A DNA stretch of 64,000 bases from Nitrospirota bacterium (GCA_963751455.1 CAVVUN010000001.1:640001-704000); one strand, 5' to 3'; shown: positions 9,246-20,426, numbered from the stretch's first letter. Notes: generated from the letters alone by a model not told the origin. Translations and numbers: made by a program.

Positions 9246-11579
9246 CTATCTTTTATCCACCAATTCCCTGAGTTTATCGGCCGGTAAAGGTTCACTGAAG
9301 AGAAAGCCCTGCATCTCGTCGCAGCCCGTCTTGCTCAGGAATTCAAGTTGCTCCTCCGTCTCCACACCCTCGGCCACGACCTTCATCTTCATGCTATGGG
9401 CCATTGCGGTTACTGTCTGGACGATCGTTCTGTCATCGGCGTCGGTAGTGATATCCCGAACAAAGGACTTGTCGATCTTGAGGCGCTCTATCGGCAGCCG
9501 CTTAAGATAATTCAGGGATGAGTAGCCTGTGCCGAAATCATCTATCGAGATATGAATCCCCATTTTCGTCAGCTCTTTCAGCCGTGCTACTGACCGCTCG
9601 ACGTCACTCATTGCGGTCGTTTCCGTGATTTCAAGGTCCAGGTAGGCTGGAGGCATCCCGGTCTCCTCAAGGACCTTTGTTATGTTACTGACGAACTCCG
9701 GGCTCTGGAACTGACGGGCTGAGAGGTTAACCGTGAGGCAGAGAGGAGGCAATCCGGCATCGATCCATGACTTGAATTGGGTACAGACAGTCCGCAAGAC
9801 CCACTTGTCTATGGCGGTAATGAATCCTGTCTCCTCGGCTATAGGAATAAAGCTGGCTGGTTCCAGAAGTCCCCTTTCGGGGTGCCGCCACCTGACCAGT
9901 GCTTCAGCGCAAACGATACGCCTGGTACTGATATTCACCTGCGGCTGGTAGTCCACGGAGAGTTCATTGCGCTCGACTGACTGGCGCAGCCAGCTTTCCA
10001 TCAGCATGCGCTCAAGGGAGCGTACATTGATGGCCGTATTGTAGAACTGGAAATTGTTCCTGCCCAGCTCTTTGGCGTAATACATGGCAATATCGGCATA
10101 CCGGAAGAGCGTGTCCATATCTTCGCTGTCATCCGGATAAACGCTGATGCCGATGCTCGTCGTCATGTGGAGCTCATGGCCCGCAAGCAAAAAAGGTTTC
10201 CTGAACGACTCGATGATCTTTCGGGTAATATCCCCAATGACCTCCGCCTTGGTGATATCGGCAAGGATGATATTGAATTCATCGCCTCCGGTGCGCGCAA
10301 CGGTATCCGATTCCCTGACAGTGGCTTTAAGCCGGGTGGTAACCTCTTTCAGGAGCATGTCCCCTACTTCATGGCCGAGAGTATCGTTGATCTCCTTGAA
10401 ACGGTCGAGGTCCATAAAAAGAAGGGCCATGCTTGTCCGGTGCCTTCGGGCTTGAGCGGATTCAATACGGATGATATCGATAAAAAGACGCCGGTTCGGC
10501 AGATCGGTCAACGCATCGTGATGCGCCATATGCCGCATCTCTTCTTCTATCAGCATGCGGTCATTGTAGAGTCGGGCATTTGCGAGAGCAAGCGAAAGAG
10601 AGGCGGAAAGCTTTCTGGCAAAATCAACGTAGTCGTCATTAAAATAGAATGGAAATGCGCTATAGAAGTTTATAACGCCCAGCACATCTCCCCTGCTGAT
10701 CAAGGGAGCAGCCAGTAGAGACCGGATGCCGAATTTTCTTATGTCCTCCTGACTCAGGCGATCGTCATTATAGGCGTCATTAAAGACAATGATATCCCTG
10801 CCGGAAACCGCATAGTGTGAACTCTTAAAGCGTTCGGCGCTGATATGAGCGCCGATAAATTCTTCAGGGATATTATAGCCGTACTTGACGACAAAAGAGC
10901 CGTCTTGCAGCAGTGAGATCGTGATTGCATCCGCTTTTAATATAGCTCCCGACTCATGCACAGCTCTTTGCATGATTTCATCGTAGTCGAAGGTTGAGTG
11001 GATGGTCTCGTTGATTTTATTGAGGGCATCACTAAGTTCCTTTGATTCTATTAATTTCTCCTCGGCCCGCTTGCGGTCGGTGATCTCATCCTGAAGAGAG
11101 GCGGTAAGCCTGGATAATTCCGCCGTCCTTATTTCAACACGGCGCTCCAGGTCGGCATGGGCCTTCAACAATTCATGCTCGGCTTTCCTGCGTTCGGCCC
11201 TCTCGGTGGCTTCAAGAATTGCCCGCCGTACAGCCGGCCCAAGTCTCCGGAGCCGATTTTTGAGCACATAATCCGTTGCCCCTTTTTTCAACGCCTCTAT
11301 CGCAAGGTCTTCTCCAATTACCCCGGATACAAAAAGGAAGGGAGTCCCCGGGCTCTTTTCAACAGCCAATTCTAAAGCCGAGAGACCATCGAATTCGGGA
11401 AGAGAGTAATCCCCGAGAATGAGATCGAACATACCCTCCTCCAGGGCGTGGACATATTCTTCTTTTGTGTCAACGCGCACGACCTCGCATTGAATACCGT
11501 CCTCATGAAGGCGTGCCTGAATGAGCTCGGCATCGTAGGCATTGTCTTCCAAATTCAATATGCGCAGCTTATTGTCCAT
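9246..11579 (-). CDS. REC-GAF-GGDEF-EAL diguanylate cyclase/phosphodiesterase
   Basis: N-terminal receiver (LEDN...D..LP), GAF region, intact GGDEF, AEALVRW and DDFGTGYSS. Start uncertain (11579-11630). Confidence 0.93.
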   Translation of the reverse strand: MDNKLRILNLEDNAYDAELIQARLHEDGIQCEVVRVDTKEEYVHALEEGMFDLILGDYSLPEFDGLSALELAVEKSPGTPFLFVSGVIGEDLAIEALKKGATDYVLKNRLRRLGPAVRRAILEATERAERRKAEHELLKAHADLERRVEIRTAELSRLTASLQDEITDRKRAEEKLIESKELSDALNKINETIHSTFDYDEIMQRAVHESGAILKADAITISLLQDGSFVVKYGYNIPEEFIGAHISAERFKSSHYAVSGRDIIVFNDAYNDDRLSQEDIRKFGIRSLLAAPLISRGDVLGVINFYSAFPFYFNDDYVDFARKLSASLSLALANARLYNDRMLIEEEMRHMAHHDALTDLPNRRLFIDIIRIESAQARRHRTSMALLFMDLDRFKEINDTLGHEVGDMLLKEVTTRLKATVRESDTVARTGGDEFNIILADITKAEVIGDITRKIIESFRKPFLLAGHELHMTTSIGISVYPDDSEDMDTLFRYADIAMYYAKELGRNNFQFYNTAINVRSLERMLMESWLRQSVERNELSVDYQPQVNISTRRIVCAEALVRWRHPERGLLEPASFIPIAEETGFITAIDKWVLRTVCTQFKSWIDAGLPPLCLTVNLSARQFQSPEFVSNITKVLEETGMPPAYLDLEITETTAMSDVERSVARLKELTKMGIHISIDDFGTGYSSLNYLKRLPIERLKIDKSFVRDITTDADDRTIVQTVTAMAHSMKMKVVAEGVETEEQLEFLSKTGCDEMQGFLFSEPLPADKLRELVDKR

Positions 11580-11656
11580 ACCGGTTATTGCTTCCGGCAT
11601 CGTGGCTATGTCCGGAATCCAATTCAGCATTTAGTTTGGTTGCGCTATGTGCGTGG

Positions 11657-12106
11657 TCACTCAGGGGTCCTGCCGGGCGGTGGTTCATTGATAATGGCCC
11701 AGAATACCCCGAGTCCTTTCACCGCACTGGCAAACTCATGAATGGCTATGGGCTTTACCACGTAGGCGTTTACGCCGAGCCGATAGCTCTCGACAAGATC
11801 CCGCTCCTCGCGTGACGAAGTAAGCACCACGACCGGAATTATTTTGAGTTTTTCATCGGATTTTACGGTCCTGAGCACTTCAATCCCGTCTATTTTAGGC
11901 AGCTTAAGGTCTAAAAGAATGACCGCCGGATTTTCCTCGCGCCGCTTTGCGAATGTTTCGCGCCGATACAGATAATCGAGGGCTTCGGCGCCATCACCCG
12001 CCACCACCACCTCATTGGCAATGTTGTATTCGGCAAGCGCTTTGAGTGTCAGTTCTACGTCATAGCGGTTGTCCTCAACCAGCAGAATCCGTCTTAGCTC
12101 CATCAT
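11657..12106 (-). CDS. Single-domain response regulator (Rcp1-like)
   Basis: LLVED, LLDLKLP, LTSS, YVVKP; GGAGG RBS. Confidence 0.93.
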   Translation of the reverse strand: MMELRRILLVEDNRYDVELTLKALAEYNIANEVVVAGDGAEALDYLYRRETFAKRREENPAVILLDLKLPKIDGIEVLRTVKSDEKLKIIPVVVLTSSREERDLVESYRLGVNAYVVKPIAIHEFASAVKGLGVFWAIINEPPPGRTPE

Positions 12107-13539
12107 GTCTCACGCCTCCTTCGCGGATTAGAGAGAAATAGAACGTCGTTCCTTCCCCAATGACGCTTTCGGCCCATACACTGCCTCCGTGGCGGTGGAT
12201 AATACGCTGCACATTCGCGAGCCCCACGCCTGTGCCTTCGAACTCCTCGGACTTATGCAGGCGCTGGAAGAGGCTAAAAAGCTTATTTTTGTATCTCATA
12301 TCAAACCCCACCCCATTGTCCTTCACAAAAAATACTAGTCTGTTTTCTTCATCCCTGCTCCCTATCTCTATTATCGCATGTTTACGGGGACGCGTAAACT
12401 TAAGAGCATTTGAAATCAGGTTGGCCCATACCTGCCTGAGGAGCGTAGGATCTCCGAAGACCACGGGCAAGCTCTGTATCTTCCACTCCACCTCTCTTCC
12501 TTGCGCTTCCACGCTGAAATCACGAACAACCTCACTCACAAGGGCGTTAAAATCAACAGGCTGCCTTTTCATTTCGACGCGGCCTGCCCGTGAAAAGGCC
12601 AGGAGATCATCAATCAGATTGCCCATCTTGCCGGCTGAATCCGTAATCACCTCGAGGTAGTGCCTGCCTTCTTCGTCCAGGCCCTCTCCGGATCCTTTGG
12701 TTATCAGATCAACGAACCCCGTAATGTGCCGGAGCGGAGCGCGTAAGTCATGCGAAACCGAATAGGAAAAAGCCTCAAAGTTCCCTGTTTGCAGCCTGAA
12801 GCCGGCCGATGGTGCGCTGCAATTCGGCATAAGAATGCGCCAGTTCTGCGGTCATGTGATTGAGCGCCTTCGCAAGCTGCCCGATCTCATCACCCGAATA
12901 CTCCGGTGCGCTCACTTTAAGATCCCCGCCGGCGATGCGCCGCGCCATATATGAAAGCCTTAGCAGCGGCTCGGAAATCAACCGTCGCAACGATATCTGA
13001 AGCAGAAACGCGCCTCCCGCAAGTGCAAGCGCCACCACGAGCATTATGCCGGCATAGCCCCTCAGCCGTGAATAAACGCCAACCATATCGGCGCGCAGAT
13101 AAAGTGTGCCCAGGGGGAGTCCCTTTTCCTTAATGGCTCGGACCAACTCAACATGCCGGCCCGTGGTTCGCAGGCCTTCGGGCCCGGGCTTTGGCGGCGA
13201 GATCAATGCCTGACCTGCTCGTACATAAGAGGCAAACACACGGCCGTGAGTGGTGTACACGGCAGCGAAAGAGACGGCGGGCGAGGCCTTCAGGGTATTC
13301 AATATTTCCTGCGCGGTCTTCGCATCATCAAACGCCAGTGCAGGCGCAGTGTTATCGGCGAGAAACATGCCTCCCTCATTCACTTCCTTGATCAGGCGGC
13401 TGCGATACGTGGCGATTTCATAAGATGCAATGCCGGCCATAACCAGTAACAGCGACGAAAAAACGGTTGCCAGGATGATCAGAAGCAGCTTGCGCTGAAT
13501 AGGCCAATTGCGAAGATGAGAAGTGCGAAATATCCTCAT
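12075..13539 (-). pseudogene. Membrane sensor histidine kinase (periplasmic sensor-HAMP-HisKA-HATPase) split by a +1 indel at about 12778; possibly an assembly error
   Basis: Removing one T from GAA CTT TGA G gives the canonical ANRELEAFSYSVSHDLR, joining ORFs 12775..13539 and 12075..12830. N, G1 and G2 boxes are present. Confidence 0.88.
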
Positions 13540-13540
13540 A

Positions 13541-14134
13541 CTATAATACCGCCCCGCATTCCGCGGATCTCGCTATCCGCTTCAGTCTGGAGTCGATCTT
13601 CAGTCCCACCTGCGCTGTGGCCTTCGAATTCAACTCAAAACCCACTTTACCGCCTTCCATTACCAAACCGACCATACCACCTTGCCGGCAGAATTCACCG
13701 ATGTCGAGCACATCGCTCACGATCAACATGCTGATGTTTCTGATCGGGGCCAGTACCTGCTGCATCCGCGGCTGCTCCGAACTGCTTACGAACAGCATGT
13801 GGCACTCCCGGCCGGCTTCCGCATTTTCCGGATGGCGAATTTCTACGGGATGAGCGCCTACGCTTGTTTCGCCCATTTCCCGCTGCAGCCACGGTCCGAA
13901 CGGGTCTTTGCCCAACACGCAGACGACGAACGGGCTGGTGTCCGCGGAGAATGCATCGACGGGCCACTCCACGAAAAGAGCGAATTTGTACAGCATTGCC
14001 GCCTTGACCTGGTATTCGGGGGCCTGAGCGTACACCAACGTGAATCGCACCAGAAGGATGAGACCCAAAGAAATATTTTTGATCACGGAAGCACCTAAGA
14101 CCAAGACAAAATCAATTTTCGCGCAAAGCCGCAA
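13541..14134 (-). CDS. YfiR-family (DUF4154) periplasmic protein
   Basis: EYQVKAAMLYKFALFVEWP, CVLGKDPFG, FELN...GLKIDSRL. True start probably near 14060-14080. Confidence 0.85.
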   Translation of the reverse strand: MRLCAKIDFVLVLGASVIKNISLGLILLVRFTLVYAQAPEYQVKAAMLYKFALFVEWPVDAFSADTSPFVVCVLGKDPFGPWLQREMGETSVGAHPVEIRHPENAEAGRECHMLFVSSSEQPRMQQVLAPIRNISMLIVSDVLDIGEFCRQGGMVGLVMEGGKVGFELNSKATAQVGLKIDSRLKRIARSAECGAVL

Positions 14135-14266
14135 AGTCGCAAAGAAAAGCTAACTTTTTTATGTTTTATAAAATCAAGATCAAGACTTAAATATTTCTTT
14201 GCGCCTTGGCGGCTTTGCTTGCACCCCAGTCGTTTGCGAGTGTTCCGCGAGCACAGGGCGCGCGAG
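14120..14266. repeat. Palindromic element with 8-mer (cgcaaagN) arms and a nested 43-bp element
   Basis: cgcgcaaagccgcaaagtcgcaaagaaa ... tttctttgcgccttggcggctttgc[14218-14260 insert]gcg. Confidence 0.65.
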
Positions 14267-14354
14267 ACACTTTTGTTTTATGGTTTATCCGTCGGAATCC
14301 TGTCTCATTAAGATTTAACCTGAAACATTAAACCGGAGTCTCGAAACTGCAGTT

Positions 14355-16495
14355 TCAAAACAGCCACGTAACTTTTCCGTAAACGTCGCGCTCGATCTCG
14401 GCCGGTTCACTTCTGAAAAACGGGTTCGTTCCGAATTCAGGGTGATGATCATCGAGCAGGTTCCTGCCGACGATTTCCAGGGTCAGGTTTTTCCGAAGCT
14501 TTCGTGCCAAACGCGCGTCGAGAGCTATATATGAATCAACCATGTTCCCTACTCCGGGCGCATTGCCGGGAATGAGTGCCTTGATCCGGTCTACGTACCG
14601 GCCGCTGAGATCGAATTCCACATTACCCGTCAGGTTCCAGGAGGATTGCAGGTATACCTGGTTTTGAGGGCTTTGCCCCTCGGCAGCTTCGGCATCAGGC
14701 GGCAGCCCCGGCTCTTTCCGCTCCAACTGCATCTTAAGATAAGTATAAGCCGCATAAAGCCGCATCCTTGTGTCACTTGCCATGTGGCGGCCAGTTCTGC
14801 GCCATATGTCCTGGCATCCAGGCCGTTAATCGACATCAGCGGGAGCGAAAGTGTCCCATCCGGTCCCGGCTGAATAGCGCCGGGCTGAACAGTAGTAATA
14901 TCGTGATAACGATTGTAAAAAAATGCGCTGTCCACCGAGAAATCCGGCTTTGCCTGGACCCGATAGCCGAGCTCGTAGGCCCACAGTTTTTCCGAATCGA
15001 GGTCGGGATTTCCTACGACGACCGGAAAAACCGGCGGGACAATCGAGACCGGAAGGGAACTGGCCCTCATTACGCCGGATTCGGCCTCGTGCGGCGTGCG
15101 CACAGCCCGCGACACTGCGGTCCATACGGTTTGGCGTTTACTGGGCGTCCAGAGCAGGCGAAGGGTAGGCTGCGCCTCGAAGTCCGTTTTATCGTTATGC
15201 TCAAATTTGGAGCCGAGTATGACGCTCACTTTGTTCTCGACCAGCGCGATTTCGTCATGCACAAACGCGCTGCCTACATGGGAATACCGCTGATTCCGGT
15301 CCCAGCTCAGGAAAAATCCGTTGTCTCTTTCGCTGTTGCTCGCAAACATGTCGGTCAGGCGATAACCCACCCCGTAAACGATTTTGTGCCGGTCTCCCCA
15401 TTTCAACTGATGCTGGAAATCCAGGTCATAGATGTCCCATTCCAGTTTTATCTGCATGCTTTCCAGCTCCCGATCGAACCGCTCCCAATAAAAATGCACG
15501 ATCCAACCGGAATCACTGTCCACCTGATGCGTCCAGCGGCCCAGGAGATTTACATCAGTCGTGGGTTCCGAATCAGCGCTCGTGAATGCATACGGCGGCG
15601 CGGTTTGAGGAAGGAGGCTCTTGCTGCCGGGCTCGCTCCGGAGGTAGTCGCCTTGGAAGGTCACCAGGTCCTGTTTGGTCTTTTGCCAGTCAGACCGGAA
15701 TCCGCCGCTTCTGCCCTTCCAATCGTCACTGGTATTGCCCACGCCCGAAAACTGTTCATCCCGGTCAAAGCCCTTTCCATACGCGCGGAAGAAGCGGTCT
15801 TCGCCGATTTTGCCGCCGTAGCGGAGCGTGCCGAAGCCTTTCTCCTCGGTTCCGCCACCGATGCTCAGCATACCGCCCTGGGTGTCCTTCGCCGGCTTGG
15901 TGATGATATTGATGATACCATTGACTGCGTTGGCTCCCCACAGGCTCGCGCCCGGTCCGCGAATAACCTCAATGCGTTCGATGTCCTCGAGCGGATAATC
16001 CACCGAGTCCCAGAAGACGCCGGAGAACAGCGGGTTGTACAGAACGCGCCCATCTATCTGTACCAGCAGTTTGTTAGCCAAGCGGTCATTGAATCCCCGC
16101 GAGCTAATTGCCCATTTGTTGTTGTCCATGCGCGCGACGTTCATCCCCGGAACCCTTCGGAACAGCTCAGGGATTGTCGTGGCGCCTGAGCGCCGGATAT
16201 CCTCCTGAGTGATAACGTAAACTGCAGCGGCCGACTCACCGACCGTGCTTTCCCTGCGTGTAACGGTGGTAACCTCAATGTTCATCAACTGTTCCAGCTC
16301 CAGCTCCCTCAGGCGCGTCGGCAGCTGCGATTCTTTTCCCGTATTCTGAGTCGTCTGTTGTTCTGGAAAACCGGCGGTGGTTTCGGCAGCCTCCGCGTTT
16401 ATGGCAATCTTTAATATCAGCAGCAAGATGATACTGCACTTCCAGTCTCTCCATAGGGGTGTGTTCCGCTTCAAGACAGGTATTCGGTTCATCAC
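14355..16495 (-). pseudogene. TonB-dependent outer-membrane receptor split by a -1 indel at about 14765; possibly an assembly error
   Basis: Plug motifs LEQLMNIEVT..., IERIEVIRGPGASLWGANAVNGIINII and a C-terminal Phe. Restoring one G gives WQVTQGWRLYAAYTYL and joins ORFs 14630..16495 and 14355..14783. Confidence 0.88.
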
Positions 16496-17015
16496 TCCTC
16501 CATTCTTCTTATGCAGATCATGAAATACTCTTCTTCATCTTTTAGTTGCCATAATGAACCCTACATAGCTGTATATAAGAATAGTACCGATTTGCGGATA
16601 GCACAACTTAGCGGCTAGCACAGGGAGCATCGGCCTGGTCGATCCGTGGTGGTTCGACGCCAAATGATTCGTTTATCTGCAGCTATTGCACCGGCAGCCG
16701 CTTCAGATTCGATATAGAGGGCTGGATGCAATCTGTAAAGAAAGCTTGTCAAAGGGAGATTATGAAACCGACCGGGTCACTGAGAGGTGAAGGGAGAGAG
16801 GAGAGTGTGAACAGTCAGGGCGATCGAGAGGCATGGTAACGGTTCCAGGAAACGTTCCTCTTATAAGGAAGGCTGTATCTCTTGCGGGAAAGCGCGACCA
16901 AAGTGGGAACAGAGATAGTTAAGGTGGGGTCTATCGGAGATGTATGGATGTATGGATGAAGTCAGGATAAATTACAGGAAGAGGCCCGGACCTGCTCCCG
17001 GGCCACTTCAAGGCC

Positions 17016-17393
17016 TCACGCCGCTTTCTTCAACGCATATTCAACCATGCCCTGAAAATCCACTACCACGGCCGGTTCATCCCCGACCACCCAGGCGTCA
17101 TGTCCTGTCGGCAACAGGGACACATCACCGGCCTTGCATTCGATCTGCGTCCCGTCATCCATCTGCACCATGATCGTTCCCGACACATGATACTGGAAAT
17201 GTGGCGCTTCACAGCTCTTTGTCTTTGCCAAAGGCTGCACGGACGTCGACCATTTCCAGCCAGGGTCGAACGTAGCGCGGCCGATCATGGCCCCTCCTAT
17301 ATTTACGAGCTCCAATTTTCCTTTTGGAAAAGTTCTCACTTCGTCGGGTTTTGTAAAATGCTTGAGTTCCGCATTGGCTGCCTTTACCGGCAT
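17016..17393 (-). CDS. Cupin domain protein
   Basis: PGWKWS..V.P...SCEAPH and PTGHDAWVVG. Start at ATG 17393 behind AAGGAG; alternative start 17432. Confidence 0.85.
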   Translation of the reverse strand: MPVKAANAELKHFTKPDEVRTFPKGKLELVNIGGAMIGRATFDPGWKWSTSVQPLAKTKSCEAPHFQYHVSGTIMVQMDDGTQIECKAGDVSLLPTGHDAWVVGDEPAVVVDFQGMVEYALKKAA

Positions 17394-17559
17394 TGAACTC
17401 ATCTCCTTATCAGTAAAGCGGCGAAACTTCATAATCTCCGCCTCCTTCAAGCATACCCGAATAATACCGCATCCGTCTCTAACCTCTAACAAGGACATGG
17501 TGCGGTTTTTACCATAACGGTTTATAATGAACAGTAAAAAGACTATTTGAAGGAGCAAC

Positions 17560-18078
17560 ATGGCTTATATAATGGTCGATATAGAAGCAGATGGACCGAT
17601 TCCCGGAGATTATTCGATGATATCTTTTGGCGCGGTCCTCGTTGAACCGGGTCTAAACCATGTTTTTTATGGGCGATTGAAACCGATTTCTGACAAGTGG
17701 GCCCCCCCTTCTCTTGCGATAGCAGGTTTTTCCCGAGAGGAAACGCTGAAATTCGATGAACCGAAGACGGTGATGGAAAATTTTACTATCTGGATCAAGA
17801 ACGAAGTGAAAGCCGAACCGATGTTCATTTCAGATAACACAGGGTTTGATTGGCAGTTCATGAGCTGGTACTTTCACCATTTTATGGGATCAAATCCGTT
17901 CGGATTCAGATCCACTGATCTTGGATCACTTTACAAGGGCCTGCTCAAAGACACCCGTGCGAATTTTAACCATTTAAGAAAAACGAAACACACGCATCAT
18001 CCGGTGGACGATGCCAGGGGCAATGCCGAAGCACTGCTGCATATGAGAGACGAGCTGGGTCTTAAGATCATGCTGTAA
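17560..18078 (+). CDS. DEDDh 3'-5' exonuclease family protein
   Basis: VDIEADG (ExoI), FDW (ExoII), HHPVDDA (ExoIII, HxxxD); AAGGAG RBS. Confidence 0.88.
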   Translation: MAYIMVDIEADGPIPGDYSMISFGAVLVEPGLNHVFYGRLKPISDKWAPPSLAIAGFSREETLKFDEPKTVMENFTIWIKNEVKAEPMFISDNTGFDWQFMSWYFHHFMGSNPFGFRSTDLGSLYKGLLKDTRANFNHLRKTKHTHHPVDDARGNAEALLHMRDELGLKIML

Positions 18079-18093
18079 GTGGATCCCCTCCCT

Positions 18094-18112
18094 GGAGCCG
18101 GAGGCTCCTTTT
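18094..18112 (+). terminator. Probable intrinsic terminator
   Basis: ggagcc-gga-ggctcc followed by tttt, just after the exonuclease stop. Confidence 0.55.
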
Positions 18113-18188
18113 CACGTCGCATTACCCCGGCAGGAGTCGGGGATTGCAAGTCGCGGGATTCTGCTATTGAACAGTGTAAACCTTGCCC

Positions 18189-18380
18189 CTATTTCCCGCT
18201 CTCGATAATTTCCCGGAACTCGTCAGCAGGAAGCGGCTTGCTGAAGAGAAATCCCTGAATCTCGTCGCACCCGGCGGTCTTGAGGAATGAAAGCTGCTCG
18301 ACCGTTTCAACCCCTTCGGCGATAACGTCCAATCGGAGTTTGTGCCCCATCGCGACCATGGCGTTCACAATCGCCTGGCG
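18189..18380 (-). pseudogene. Orphan C-terminal fragment of an EAL domain
   Basis: AIVNAMVAMGHKLRLDVIAEGVETVEQLSFLKTAGCDEIQGFLFSKPLP is present, but the EAL and DDFG motifs are absent. Confidence 0.8.
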
Positions 18381-18579
18381 GCACAAGCTATTCTCCGCCT
18401 TTTGTAACATCGAGAGCTCTATCCTGGAATCTTGTGCTAATATATTTTCCTGATCCTTCGATCGCTTTTTTAAAGACATTTCGCAATTACATTTAAACGG
18501 TTTATAATTATATTGATAAACTTACAGATGAGGACTCGTTTTATCCGGCAATTCATTTTCTTCTCAAAAAGGATAATTT

Positions 18580-19056
18580 ATGGATCACGAAAACAATATC
18601 AACAGTATCAATGAACGGCACCGCGAATTTCGGAGAAGAAGCGATATCGATAAAAACAATGCAAGCGCTCTGACGAGCGATGACGAATTCAGGACCGCGA
18701 TCGAAGCGACCGGCCTCGGCATCATGGACTATTATCCGTTGACCGGAGAACTGTACTGGAACAGTTCAGCTAAGGAACACTTCGGACTTGCTCCGGATGC
18801 ACAGGTAAACTACAACGTGTTTCTTGTCGGTCTGCACCCAGAGGACCGGGAGCGTATCGAGCTGCTATTTCAGAACGCGCTTGAGCCCATAACCGAAGGC
18901 AACTTCAGGGCGGAGTATCGGACGATCGGCATTGAGGACGGGAAGGAACGCAGGATTGCGATGCGCGGCAAAGCGTTTTTTAATCGTCACGGAGAAGCTG
19001 TCCGATTCATAGGGACGACTCAGGATTTAACCGAGTTTAGACCGGAAGGACGATGA
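18580..19056 (+). CDS. Stand-alone PAS domain protein, probably a truncated sensor
   Basis: LHPEDRE...FRAEYR...RFIGTTQDLTE PAS/PAC signature; the ORF ends right after the PAC. Confidence 0.75.
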   Translation: MDHENNINSINERHREFRRRSDIDKNNASALTSDDEFRTAIEATGLGIMDYYPLTGELYWNSSAKEHFGLAPDAQVNYNVFLVGLHPEDRERIELLFQNALEPITEGNFRAEYRTIGIEDGKERRIAMRGKAFFNRHGEAVRFIGTTQDLTEFRPEGR

Positions 19057-19373
19057 CGGCGAGCGTGATCATGATTGATGTAAAAGAAGAAACGAGAACG
19101 GCAGAAATACTTCTCGTAGAAGACAATCCAGCTGACGTCGTCCTGATGAAGGAGGCGCTCAAGCGGGGTAACATCTCGAATAATATTTCAGTAGCCGTCA
19201 CGGGTGATGAGGCCTTCGATTTCCTGCATAAGAGAGGCAAGTATGATGGCAAGGCCGACCCCGGCGCCGGAATACTCCTCACGCGTATGCAGCCTCTGGA
19301 AGATGGAGAAAATACGGTCGTAATAATCCGGATCTATCCCGATCCCGTTGTCGTGCACGCGGTGGCCAAATAA
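19053..19373 (+). pseudogene. N-terminal half of an Rcp1-like receiver fused to antisense sequence
   Basis: EILLVEDNPAD...[14 protein letters not shown], then homology stops before the phospho-acceptor Asp. Confidence 0.75.
19245..19358 (-). pseudogene. Inverted fragment of a histidine kinase HATPase_c domain (G1-F-G2 boxes)
   Basis: Minus strand reads [38 protein letters not shown]. Confidence 0.85.
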
Positions 19374-19392
19374 GAATTCTGCAGTCCCGGCG

Positions 19393-19782
19393 CTACGCCG
19401 CTTTTCCTGTCCGCATAAAAAGGTTCCGTATTTCTTTGGGAAGCTGTTCAAACGTATCGACCAATTCGTCTTTCGGCGCATTATCAGCGAGCGTCGACAG
19501 TACTGCACGTGCATGTTCTTCTGCCGTCGCCGGGTCAACACCCTCCCTATCCGCGATCTGGGCAAGAAATTCATCGATCCCGAACGGTTGCGCCAGCGGG
19601 GATTGCTTGAGAAACCGCTTGAAGTCTGCAGGTAGCGCGGCAGCCAGGTCATCGGCCTGGCCGAATGTGATCCGTTGTCCGAGAACTTCAAGAGCTGCTC
19701 GTATCGCCTTCACTACATCGATATCGGATGTGAACCGGGCCCGGTCGCGCACTGACTTTATATAGTTATTATAATAATCCAT
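19393..19782 (-). CDS. DUF2267 family protein
   Basis: [11 protein letters not shown]...ADDLAAALP...[11 protein letters not shown]...ARAVLSTL...QLP. Confidence 0.85.
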   Translation of the reverse strand: MDYYNNYIKSVRDRARFTSDIDVVKAIRAALEVLGQRITFGQADDLAAALPADFKRFLKQSPLAQPFGIDEFLAQIADREGVDPATAEEHARAVLSTLADNAPKDELVDTFEQLPKEIRNLFMRTGKAA

Positions 19783-19816
19783 CGCTGTTCTCCTGCGCGG
19801 TCAACCTGAAATCGGG

Positions 19817-20302
19817 TCATGCGGCCCTTCTCCGTTCTGCCTGGACCGAGAAGTCCATGATAGTCGGATTCACCATTCTCATGTAGTCGTCAAAGGAAAG
19901 CCTTACCAGTTCCGAAAAGGAGCATGCATTAAAGGCTATTTCCTTGTCTTGCGTCAGCGCCCGTGAAACAATAACATCCATGCCATACAGGTTTCCGAAA
20001 GGAGGCTGCGATCCAGGCTGGCAATCAGGAAACATATCTTTATATTCGTCCTCCGGCATCAGCACCGCCTCGCGGGCGCCTGAATTGTCTTTCAAGAGGG
20101 CGAAATCAATATAGTGAAATGCGGGCAGGATGCACATGACTATCTTCCCGTCAAGTTTGACAATCACCGTTTTTGCCAGATCCTGCCCTTTTACGTGGGC
20201 CGATGCAGCGATCTCCTGGGCAGTGTACGCGGGAGAATGAGCAATACTTACATACTTCACGTTCTGACCGTTCAAGTAATCCTTTATTTTAATTGAAGGC
20301 AT
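19817..20302 (-). CDS. YbaK/EbsC aminoacyl-tRNA deacylase family protein
   Basis: HSPAYTAQEIA, LAKTVIVK, FPDC.PG..PPFG, IAFNA; AAGGAGG RBS. Confidence 0.9.
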   Translation of the reverse strand: MPSIKIKDYLNGQNVKYVSIAHSPAYTAQEIAASAHVKGQDLAKTVIVKLDGKIVMCILPAFHYIDFALLKDNSGAREAVLMPEDEYKDMFPDCQPGSQPPFGNLYGMDVIVSRALTQDKEIAFNACSFSELVRLSFDDYMRMVNPTIMDFSVQAERRRAA

Positions 20303-20426
20303 GACACACCTCCTTATGTTCCTTGGCGTTCGTCGCCCTCATGTTGCTTTAAATCAGGAGGCTCAATCCGGATGCGGTAAATAATTCAAATCCGGCAAAC
20401 CGTCTAGGTTGAAGACGGGAAGAACA

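Noticed and set aside
14768-16189. Plus-strand 473-aa ORF (likewise 2529..3482, 3982..4812, 43106..44293, 46369..47355)
   Set aside because: Antisense shadows of well-supported genes, with no motifs of their own.
16496-17015. Riboswitch or ncRNA upstream of the TonB receptor
   Set aside because: Some hairpin potential, but I cannot recognise cobalamin, TPP or c-di-GMP aptamer consensus; an Rfam scan is needed.
19188-19691. 167-aa minus-strand ORF as a real kinase gene
   Set aside because: Its 5' part is an alternative frame of the DUF2267 gene; only 19245-19358 is kinase-derived.
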